This document shows, piece by piece, positions 23,825 to 34,019 of a stretch of DNA of 40,800 bases. The stretch comes from Nemertoderma westbladi (Eukaryota > Animalia > Xenacoelomorpha), in assembly GCA_032718475.1 (NCBI GenBank), contig JAUCBJ010004953.1, positions 1-40,800 on the forward strand, written 5' to 3'. The position numbers and the translations under genes were made by a program. The notes beneath the pieces were generated by a model. It did no database searches. It worked only from the letters and a program-made list of their open reading frames with translations, and was not told the origin of the DNA. Each line of letters starts with the position of its first letter. Position 1 is the stretch's first letter.

Positions 23825-23983
23825 ATAACGAAGGGATGTCGACTTGGACACTCGCGTCGAATCAAGGCATCTTTGGCCGTCTCTTCGGATCACGAGAAAT
23901 CCTTGGAGGAACATACCTACGTAACCTTGCAGTCTCAAAACGAGCAGATACAACAGCAGTTAGACAACATCGAGAAAAACATG
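23825..23983 (+). CDS. ANKS1: ANKS1-like gene exon with SAM C-terminal-helix-like motif
   Basis: tttatcccccgtag| 53 codons |gtacgt. ITKGCRLGHSRRIKASL resembles the ANKS1 SAM2 end (xGHRKRIxASL). Confidence 0.75.
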
Positions 23984-24112
23984 GTACGTATTAGTAGCTG
24001 TAGATCACAGTTTAGGAATATATTCTTATTTACATGGACTTCGGTAATATTGGCATAGACTTACTATCGACTATATTCAGACGGATATATTATGTATATT
24101 GTTATTTTTTAG

Positions 24113-24280
24113 GAATATATATTCACACTAATTTCTATGCCCGGTGGATACACTATATTGAAGAATCCCCTCGGCGCGTCGTCCAATCTCTGGGTGGATT
24201 TGTTCAAGGACTACACCGATATCGGCAGTGTCGCACGGCGATGGAGGGACGGAAACTCGCCGCATTTAGATGAAGTTCAG
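24113..24280 (+). CDS. ANKS1: ANKS1-like gene exon (linker)
   Basis: ttattttttag| 56 open codons EYIFTL...HLDEVQ |gtggga; phase 0 at both ends; the donor is weak. Confidence 0.62.
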
Positions 24281-24324
24281 GTGGGACATTCAGTTTAAGG
24301 TTGAGAGAAACTACCTGTTCGATG

Positions 24325-24531
24325 CGCAAGAAGTTAAGCACGGCCAGCGTTCAGTCCCTCATCTAACCCAAATAAATCACACAAATAATTTCCAAAACTA
24401 ATAAATTATATTTTACTTGCTGTAGAGTTTAAGTTTATAACAGCTGTATGACGAATACAAAAAGTAATAGCTAATAGAGTTCGAATAATATAATTCATTG
24501 AGTTTACAATATACATAGCGAATGTATGGCG
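24325..24531 (-). repeat. 3' LTR (207 bp)
   Basis: Identical by eye to 28342-28632 except for lacking 84 bp. Confidence 0.92.
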
Positions 24532-24536
24532 CTGTC

Positions 24537-26062
24537 CTAATTATCTTTTTTTCCTTCATTCTTCTTAGATTTCATATCAGCATAGCCCTTATAGTCCTCC
24601 TTTGTCCACCCAGGACACCATGGTTCGAGAAGGTTATCGAGGTTATCCGAACTATAATCCAGATTGTTGTCCATAGAAACACCCAGTCTTTCGGGTTCTT
24701 TACGGGTACGACCTGATCTCCGTAATACCTCTTTTGGAATAGTTGCTTTCTCATCAACATCACATGGGAAATGTTCATTTATTTTAGGAACAGTAATGTC
24801 ATCACAGCTAGACTCATTATCGGAAGAAGATGAAATCTGATGGAGATCCCAATCAAATGCCTGATTGGTGGGAAATATGGACGTTAATGGCACTTCATAC
24901 TGAAGAGAGCCAAATCGATTACCATGGAGCTTCTGAAGTGTAGCCATGTTCTTATCGATTTTTATAACAATATACCTATCACGACCATGGAGTTTTGACC
25001 CTTCAGATTTAATGTAAACCAAGTGACCCTCACGAACATTAGCCTTTTCAGCGGGAAGGCAACCTCGAGCCTTGCATTTGGCACTGTAACCATGATTACG
25101 AGATTTTTCTTCATCAAGAGAAGCAGCAAGGTCATGGTCATTGAAATTCAAACGTTCACCTGAAACCTGATCTCTGCCATATAATATCTCTTTAGCAGAT
25201 AAGCCGCGGCTTCGAATTCTGGAATTCAACATTTCTACACATACTGTTAATGAAGGTGGGGTGACTGGTCCACCAGCGGGGTCCTGTCGAAGTAACTCAG
25301 ATTCAAGTTCCTGTATTGCCTTTTCACCAACTGGATTCTTATTTATGTTTTTAACTCTCCCAAACTCTAGATGAATTCCATGTTGGACAAGAAGGGGATC
25401 ATTTTCAAGACATTTTAAGGAAGAGAAACAATCAACACGAACCTTTGACATCTTGAATTTCAAGGGGAGTATAGATGTGATAATAGAAGCTCGAAGGTCT
25501 GTTGCTTGTTCACTTGGAATAATTGATGCTACAGTATAGCTGGATAAGATATCTCTGACTACAAGTATCTTCTGACGATTTCTGCGGATGACATCGGCAG
25601 CAAGCTTTTGGAAAACTTGATCCGGAGATGAAGAGCTAGTTTCTTCAATTAATTCATGGGGAACCTTCTTGAGTGCATTACAAACTTCGCAATTGTCTAC
25701 GATGTCTTGGATTGTCTTAGTGGAACCAATAGCAAAATAGTAACGATTAAACAATAAAACCATCTGATGTTTGGAAGGGTGGCTGAAGAGTGTATGTAAA
25801 GCAGTGAGCAGTCCCACAGAGATATCCTTAGGTACAACAGTAAGGTCTCTGGAATGTACAAATGGGTCATGTTTCCGAATGACAATCAAATCAGAAGAGC
25901 TGCTAATCGATGCGATGCGAAGATATTCCTTAAGATCACGTCCTCCTTTGTCCTTTCTTAGCGGTTTAGATCCATTCTTCAAGTGGATGTATGCCTTGCG
26001 AAGAACAGGACATGCATGTTGGGCAGCACGCCATGAGGTATTATTTAAATATGGAATATGTA
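24537..26062 (-). CDS. Gypsy integrase (frameshifted from RT/RH)
   Basis: HHCC finger (LHTLFSHP...CEVC) and DDE core (LAADV, VRVD, NPVGEKAIQELE). Confidence 0.88.
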
Positions 26063-28235
26063 TTGGGCAGCACGCCATGAGGTATTATTTAAATATGGCA
26101 TATGTATTCTTCCAGCTAGAACATCAGATATAGAGATATCATAAACAACAGAATCCACTGTATCTGAGACGAATTTAAAAATCTGACAATTGGGATAAGT
26201 GCAGATTGCGGGGTTTCTAGACTGATAATCGCTAACAGAGTTGTTGACACCCTTAATGTGACAAACACTAATATTAAGTGAACTTAGAATGGTAAGAAAA
26301 GTGGACACTCGGGCTGAAGAGGAAAATTCACCAAGGCATAGTTTCTTCCAAGCATCAACACAAGGACGGCTATCAGTTAGAATCTGAGTAGTATGTATAC
26401 TATTGCAAATAAGAGACCTCCAATGTTGAGCAGCAGAGCCAATGGCCAGGGACTCGACCTCACAGGGAAGCCACTTTGTCTGATGGTCACGCAATTTGAA
26501 GCTGTAAAATCCGCCAATATGTTTTTTATCCCCGCGGACCACGAACAGAGTAGCCCCTAAACCTTTATTGGAAACTTTACAGGCAGCGTCAACAGAAATA
26601 ACAAGCCGGTCACTTTTTGTAGGTATAGTTATGGTATTAGGTGAACGCAGTGTATCCTGGACTTTCTTAAAAGCAGACTGCAATTCTGGAGACCAAGATA
26701 ATTTCTCATTACCTTTCAAACCCTTAATACTATCCTCAAGGGGAGCCAATAAAGAGGAGTAACCTTCTATACACCTGGATACATCCTGACAAGCTCCCAG
26801 GAATGATTTCATTGCTGTACATGTAGATGGAGGTGACATGACAACTAGAGGGGTAATTTTGTGACAGCTGACTGATATGGAACCGCCCCTCCATATCCAA
26901 CCGAGAATAGTAGTTGACTTTGGAGCAATAACTGTCTTTGAACTAGAAAGTCGAAGGTTATTATTAGAAAGACGCTCAAGAATGTTTTCAAAGTTGATAA
27001 CCAAATCATCAATGCTATCTCCTCCTGTATAGAGATCATCCGCCAACTTAACAACTTTCCCTTGCTGTAATAGATCACCAAAAACACGAGATACAACTTC
27101 ATCGAGCCATTCCGACGAACCAGGCATGCCCATAGCAGCTCTAGCATAAAGACGAATTCCCTTGTATGGAGTAACTGTACCTAAATAAGGCATTGATGAT
27201 TTAGACACCTTTATTTGGAAGAAACTTTTGGTCAAATCTGTTTTAATCAGGTATTTAAAAGAAGAAATATTACGAAGAACATCATCACATTTTGTGACAG
27301 TGCCTGGAATCATTCTAGTGAACTGAGCAATGTTGTTGAAAGCAGTTACAAATCGCTTACCTCCATCAGGCTTATTAACCAGAAAACTAGGAGACACACA
27401 TTGGGGAATAATTCCAACATCTTCAGGTTTAACCAATACACCAAGACGCTCCAATTTGTCAGCTTCTTCCTGTAGTAGAGAAAGATTGGAATTATTATAA
27501 AAGGGAATCCTGCCCTTAGTAGAGGGGGGGAGAACAGGACCTAAATTAATATTTGCACGAATACAACCACTACTATTATCATTATAGGCGCCAATGTCAG
27601 GATTGAATACAGAGTCATACTTGACCAATAATCTTTGAAATTGTTCTTTCTGTATACTTGTGAGTTGATTATCAGGATCTAGGACAACAGTAGAAGAAAA
27701 TGACATATCGGAAGGAAATTCTAACATTGGAGCTGGAGTGAATGGTGCTTCAAACTTAAAATCTGAAGATACAACAGGTTGTATCTGGGCAATATATTGA
27801 GCCTTTTTAAGATTGATTGGTACCTCAGAATGGTTCGGAATCCGGATGGCTCCCTCAATCACACGGGTAATTATTGGAGATGGCCACGAACCACTTAGAG
27901 GGGAATCAAATCGAGGTTCGACAGCTACTTCTCCATTGAAATTGGATAATGAATCACTGGTGACTTCAAGAAAATCACCAGGAAATATTGTTGTCGATTT
28001 AGGATTTCGCACACATTGTTGAAGGAATCTAATGTTGCTGAAATTTTCAGCTCTGGAACCATAAGTGATAAGTTTACCTTTCAAATTGATTTCCTGGCGA
28101 GCCAAATTTACCTCTATACCATTCTGAACACAGAAAGGAACCCCTCCTAAGATATCAGTATCCATAGACTCACAAACTAGAGCTTCGAGTTGGAGGTCAA
28201 TTCCTCCATATGATAGGGAGATGTGAACCTCACCA
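26045..28235 (-). CDS. Gypsy pol: protease C-terminus, RT, RNase H
   Basis: DILGG, SPSFLVNKPDG, KTDLTKSFFQI, AMGMPGS, LADDLY, ILGW, SVDA, CEVE, LTDSRP, SDYQSR. The frame is broken by a 44-bp duplication at 26019-26106. Confidence 0.9.
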
Positions 28236-28341
28236 AATAAATCTTGTCTAAAGGAAGAGCTGGGTGAAACGCTAACAGTTAATGTCAGGCAAATTCAGAT
28301 TATGAAAGTCTGTAAGGCTAGGGTTCATAATCCAGCCACCA

Positions 28342-28632
28342 CGCAAGAAGTTAAGCACGGCCAGCGTTCAGTCCCTCATCTAACCCAAATAAATCACACA
28401 AATAATTTCCAAAACTAATAAATTATATTTTACTTTAGACACAAAAATAATAATAATAAAACTCATCAATAAAGAGCACATAATATTAGTCAACCTAACC
28501 ACCACCAATAGTCCTAACAGCTGTAGAGTTTAAGTTTATAACAGCTGTATGACGAATACAAAAAGTAATAGCTAATAGAGTTCGAATAATATAATTCATT
28601 GAGTTTACAATATACATAGCGAATGTATGGCG
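28342..28632 (-). repeat. 5' LTR (291 bp)
   Basis: Direct repeat of 24325-24531 with an extra 84 bp at 28436-28519. Confidence 0.92.
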
Positions 28633-28923
28633 ATGGTAGTGCAGTATGTTACTTTGTTGTTAATAAAGTTTTACAGATCTCAATCCTGAAATATATTGTT
28701 TTTTTATCGAAACAATTTACATAAATTTAATTCCTTATAATTTATCATATTATAGTAATAATGAACCAGTTATATTACAGTAGCTAATGCACAAAGTTTT
28801 ATACCCACAAGCAAAACTACAATCAATCAAAATGGCAAAAGAGCGGCAAATTTTAAACTTGATTTAATTTGATTTTCCAGTTTGTTTATTTTAATTGATT
28901 TACATACAGTACATTATCCGCAG

Positions 28924-29088
28924 ATGGTAGACGGAGTTCACATCCCGAAACTGCGTTCACCAAGTCAGACGTCGCTGGGACGGGTCGGCAATAGACACTC
29001 GTGGAGCCATGCCACGGAAACGCTTCTATATTACAGTGTTAAATATACAGCGAGTTATTTTGGTACAACGTTCGTGACAAAGGAGGAG
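28924..29088 (+). CDS. ANKS1: ANKS1-like gene exon, start of PTB domain
   Basis: ccgcag| 55 codons |gtaagt. SWSHATETLL..SVKYTASYFGT resembles ANKS1 W.H.PE.LI..C.Y.A.YLGS. Confidence 0.88.
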
Positions 29089-29259
29089 GTAAGTGCAGTT
29101 TGGTACCACAGGATAGAGGGATAGACTCCGGTACATTAAATACAGAAATACATGGAAAATCATGACCCATAGATATCTTTATCTGTTTAGTAAGTACATA
29201 GGACATGGGAAAATCAATATATAATCAATCATAGTATTTAATTATTTCTTATTTTTAAG

Positions 29260-29385
29260 GGTAAACAAGGTCTAAAAACCGCAATGAAGAAACTGAAAGT
29301 ATCTGCGCGATCAATGCAAAAAACCCCTCAGATTGTACTCGAGATGAACTGGGAAATGTTAAAATTTGTTGATCCCGAACAAAAG
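29260..29385 (+). CDS. ANKS1: ANKS1-like gene exon, PTB domain
   Basis: atttttaag| GKQGLKTAMKKLKVSARSMQKTPQIVLEMNWEMLKFVDPEQK |gtttgt; matches the ANKS1 pattern A..K...S...M.K.P.I.L......KF.D. Confidence 0.88.
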
Positions 29386-29424
29386 GTTTGTATATACTGT
29401 ATTACAGTACAGCCAATTAACACG

Positions 29425-29795
29425 CCTACTACAGTACAACTACCGGTACTAGGTCGAGCGAACTCGGACAGTGGAAATGAGATCCTTCCAGGCTTCCCGA
29501 TTCTCCATAGTTGTCCCAATTTCGTTTCTCCCAAGTTCAGTATCCCTTTCAAGTTGATCTATATATGTTATGGCAGGTCGTCCACGATTACGCTTTCCAT
29601 GAGTTGGTTGCCAGAAAAGTAGATCTGATATGACCTCGTCTTTACTTCGCCAGCAGTGCCCACTGAATCTTAATCTGCGTTCACGGAGGGTGGTTGATAC
29701 AGGTGGTATTGTACCATAAAGCTCGGTGTTTGTCATGTGTTGTCTCCAGCTGATGTTTAGGGCTGCCCTTAGTAGTCTTGTGTAACAACCGTCAC
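29425..29795 (-). mobile_element. RTE-group LINE 3' fragment
   Basis: CYTRLLRAALNISW.QH.TN.ELYG...RRLRFSGHC.R...RGRP...R..W, then a degenerate (TAG)n tail. Confidence 0.88.
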
Positions 29796-29938
29796 AAATG
29801 TTCGTAATTATTATAAATTAATCTTAAAGGATAATGATCCAAGAATAATTCAACCTTTGCAACTCTTTGTTACTTAATAATTTTTCAGTAAAGGTTTATA
29901 TTTCTATTTAATTTTCATTCATGTGAATTAAATTTCAG

Positions 29939-30076
29939 GTGACCATATCGGAGCACGATATTAAAACGATATCCTACGCGGCTCAGGATAGCGATGATCA
30001 GCGTGTATTTTCGTACATAACTAAAGATCTCAGCCGGGGAAAACGATATTGTCATGTATTTGGTGTTACATCTATT
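29939..30076 (+). CDS. ANKS1: ANKS1-like gene exon, PTB domain core
   Basis: aatttcag| VTISEHDIKTISYAAQDSDDQRVFSYITKDLSRGKRYCHVFGVTSI |gtaagt; resembles ANKS1 I.EHEI.NIS.AAQD.ED...F.YITKDL....HYCHVF. Confidence 0.93.
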
Positions 30077-32752
30077 GTAAGTAAATGTCATGTATTTGGT
30101 GTTACATCTATTGTAAGTAAATGTCATGTATCTGGTGTTACATCTATTGTAAGTAAATGTCATGTATTTGGTGTTACATCTATTGTTAGTAAATGTCATG
30201 TATTTGGTGTTACATCTATTGTTAGTAAATGTCATGTATTTGGTGTTACATCTATTGTAAGTAAATGTCATGTATTTGGTGTTACATCTATTGTAAGTAA
30301 ATGTCATTTATTTGTTGTTACATCTATTGTAAGTAAATGTCATGTATTTGTTGTTACATCTATTGTTAGTAAATGTCATGTATTTGGTGTTACATCTATT
30401 GTAAGTAAATGTCATGTATTTGGTGTTACATCTATTGTAAGTAAATGTCATGTATTTCGTGTTACATCTATTGTTAGTAAATGTCATGTTTCTGGTGTTA
30501 CATCTATTGTAAGTAAATGTCATTTATTTGTTGTTACATCTATTGTAAGTAAATGTCATGTATCTGGTGTTACATCTATTGTAAGTAAATGTCATTTATT
30601 TGTTGTTACATCTATTGTAAGTAAATGTCATGTATTTGGTGTTACATCTATTGTAAGTAAATGTCATGTATTTCGTGTTACATCTATTGTAAGTAAATGT
30701 CATGTATTTCGTGTTACATCTATTGTTAGTAAATGTCATGTAATTGTTGTTACACCTATTGTTAGTAAATGTCATGCAATTGTTGTTACACCTATTAATT
30801 GTAAGTAAATGTCATGTATTTGTTGTTACATCTATTGTTAGTAAATGTCATGTATTTGTTGTTACATCTATTGTTAGTAAATGTCATGTATTTGTTGTTA
30901 CATCTATTGTTAGTAAATGTCATGTATTTGGTGTTACATCTATTGTAAGTAAATGTCATGTATTTCGTGTTACATCTATTGTTAGTAAATGTCATGTAAT
31001 TGTTGTTACACCTATTAATTGTAAGTAAATGTCATGTATTTGTTGTTACATCTATTGTTAGTAAATGTCATGTATTTGGTGTTACATCTATTGTAAGTAA
31101 ATGTCATGTATTTGGTGTTACATCTATTGTAAGTAAATGTCATGTATTTGGTGTTACATCTATTGTTAGTAAATGTCATGTAATTGTTGTTACACCTATT
31201 GTTAGTAAATGTCATGTAATTGTTGTTACACCTATTAATTGTAAGTAAATGTCATGTATTTGTTTTTACATCTATTGTTAGTAAATGTCATGTATTTGGT
31301 GTTACATCTATTGTAAGTAAATGTCATGTATTTCGTGTTACATCTATTGTTAGTAAATGTCATGTAATTGTTGTTACACCTATTGTTAGTAAATGTCATG
31401 TAATTGTTGTTACACCTATTAATTGTAAGTAAATGTCATGTATTTGTTGTTACATCTATTGTTAGTAAATGTCATGTATTTGGTGTTACATCTATTGTAA
31501 GTAAATGTCATGTATTTCGTGTTACATCTATTGTTAGTAAATGTCATGTAATTGTTGTTACACCTATTAATTGTAAGTAAATGTCATGTATTTGTTGTTA
31601 CATCTATTGTTAGTAAATGTCATGTATTTGGTGTTACATCTATTGTAAGTAAATGTCATGTATTTGGTGTTACATCTATTGTTAGTAAATGTCATGTAAT
31701 TGTTGTTACACCTATTGTTAGTAAATGTCATGTAATTGTTGTTACACCTATTAATTGTAAGTAAATGTCATGTATTTGTTTTTACATCTATTGTTAGTAA
31801 ATGTCATGTATTTGGTGTTACATCTATTGTAAGTAAATGTCATGTATTTCGTGTTACATCTATTATAAGTAAATGTCATTATCTGGTGTTACATCTATTG
31901 TAAGTAAATGTCATGTATTTGGTGTTACATCTATTGTTAGTAAATGTCATGTATTTCGTGTTACATCTATTGTTAGTAAATGTCATGTAATTGTTGTTAC
32001 ACCTATTAATTGTAAGTAAATGTCATGTATTTGTTGTTACATCTATTGTTAGTAAATGTCATGTATTTGGTGTTACATCTATTGTAAGTAAATGTCATGT
32101 ATTTGGTGTTACATCTATTGTAAGTAAATGTCATGTATTTGGTGTTACATCTATTGTTAGTAAATGTCATGTAATTGTTGTTACACCTATTGTTAGTAAA
32201 TGTCATGTAATTGTTGTTACACCTATTAATTGTAAGTAAATGTCATGTATTTGTTGTTACATCTATTGTTAGTAAATGTCATGTATTTGGTGTTACATCT
32301 ATTGTAAGTAAATGTCATGTATTTGGTGTTACATCTATTGTAAGTAAATGTCATGTATTTGGTGTTACATCTATTGTTAGTAAATGTCATGTAATTGTTG
32401 TTACACCTATTGTTAGTAAATGTCATGTAATTGTTGTTACACCTATTAATTGTAAGTAAATGTCATGTATTTGTTGTTACATCTATTGTTAGTAAATGTC
32501 ATGTATTTGGTGTTACATCTATTGTAAGTAAATGTCATGTATTTGGTGTTACATCTATTGTTAGTAAATGTCATGTAATTGTTGTTACACCTATTGTTAG
32601 TAAATGTCATGTATTTGTTGTTACATCTATTGTTAGTAAATGTCATGTATTTCGTGTTACATCTATTGTAAGTAAATGTCATGTATTTCGTGTTACATGT
32701 CATGAATTGTTGTTACACCTATTAATTGTAAGTACCTAAATGTCATGTATTT
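30050..32752 (+). repeat. 36-bp minisatellite (~75 copies) made of exon end plus splice donor
   Basis: Unit tgtcatgtatttggtgttacatctatt|gtaagtaaa; the first 27 nt of copy 1 are the exon's last 9 codons. 40-bp variants appear from about 30790. Confidence 0.97.
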
Positions 32753-33123
32753 ATCGTGTGTTTTTCAAGCTAATAACTATAATTGTACAGTCCAACAGTT
32801 GGCCGTGATAAATAAGTCATTAGGTGGGCGGATGATACAATGCCATCTCGGCGAATTAATATCCCGCCTCAATTATCAATTAAAGGAAAGGAGCAGGATA
32901 CAGTGGCACATTATTTTAACCAAAACAATAAACTAAACACAATAGAACAGGTTACAGTTTTATTTCTGAGAGTAATCAGCTGTTATCTTATCAGGCACTT
33001 TGTTGACAACAACTTTTAACAATATCGTATATTTTTAATAATGTATTTCTTAATAACTTCCCTAATTGTATGTCTTTTATGATTTAGTTTTCTTACCATA
33101 AATTTATTTATATTTCTATGTAG

Positions 33124-33294
33124 TCTATGGCTCGAGAGATCATGATGACACTGGGCCAATGTTTCGAGATCGCATACCAACAGATTCTACATCGCAAAGC
33201 TGCGGCGGCCGCCTTAGAAGATGAGGAAATGCCAACGATAGACATTGAACCAGCACCGGTGGACTCAGCTTATTCTACCGGGCATCACAGATGA
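33124..33294 (+). CDS. ANKS1: ANKS1-like gene last coding exon (PTB C-terminal helix and tail)
   Basis: tttctatgtag| SMAREIMMTLGQCFEIAYQ...GHHR TGA; matches the PTB signature EI..TLGQAFE.AYQ. Confidence 0.93.
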   Translation, partial: SMAREIMMTLGQCFEIAYQQILHRKAAAAALEDEEMPTIDIEPAPVDSAYSTGHHR

Positions 33295-33351
33295 TTGAGA
33301 GGAGTTCCCCGATGGGGAGACTTGTGCAGAAAAAATACTCAATTATTGAAA

Positions 33352-33357
33352 AATAAA
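33352..33357 (+). terminator. Candidate polyadenylation signal
   Basis: AATAAA 58 nt after the stop codon; further copies lie near 33515-33560. The context is AT-rich, so this is weak. Confidence 0.4.
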
Positions 33358-34019
33358 GAGTTTTACTGTTGAATCTATTCAGATATTTGCCATTTTTTTA
33401 TGTTTAATGTAATTAAATCGAAACATCTTATTATAAACGTGAAATAATAATAATTATTAGTAAAATATTGTTATAATACACTAAGTAATCGATACAATTC
33501 ATGATGTTTTATTTAATAAATAATAATAAAATAGTAATGTAACATGTTGTAGCAATAAATACATTAAATAATTATTAGGGATGTATCGGAATCGGGATTA
33601 CAGTTTTTCATATCCCGGAATATTCCGGACAAACCGGAATTTTACTACTGTATTTCTTTAAATAAATCAAAGAATTTTGAATTAATTATTTTTACAGTAA
33701 CAACTATTTTTTTGCATCATTTGCATCATACAGACATACCGGTAGTGTGGGAAAAAGTAACACTTTTCAGGTATATGAGACAATTGTTAATATACAGAGT
33801 GAGTGTAGCGAACGAACTACATATAAATAAACGAGGATCTGTAATGTTTAAAAGTGTCCTTTGCGTAATAAAATCTTGAGGGAAAATAATATGAAGCTAA
33901 AATTAATTAGTATATAGGCGGAATTCAGTCACTCAAAATATATGTCATTATGTTAAATCGCAAAAATATTGATTTGTAACATTTGACATAAAATTGATTT
34001 GAATTAAAACTCTAATTTG

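Larger units (their letters stand above)
24325..28632 (-). mobile_element. Gypsy-type LTR retrotransposon lacking gag
   Basis: Two LTRs, pol order PR-RT-RH-IN, purine tract near 24544-24566 (minus), TGG-starting PBS-like site left of 28342, direct repeat (C)GATG on both flanks. Confidence 0.92.

Noticed and set aside
26019-26106. Programmed frameshift between RNase H and integrase
   Set aside because: Fully explained by a 44-bp tandem duplication; removing one copy restores a single pol frame.
30308-32739. Many short ORFs on both strands (MTFTYNRCN..., MLLHLLIVSK...)
   Set aside because: These are by-products of the 36/40-bp repeat; only 29939-30076 has domain similarity and splice context.
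33576-33650. hAT-like terminus TAGGGATG with ccgga repeats
   Set aside because: No matching opposite end is present in the window.
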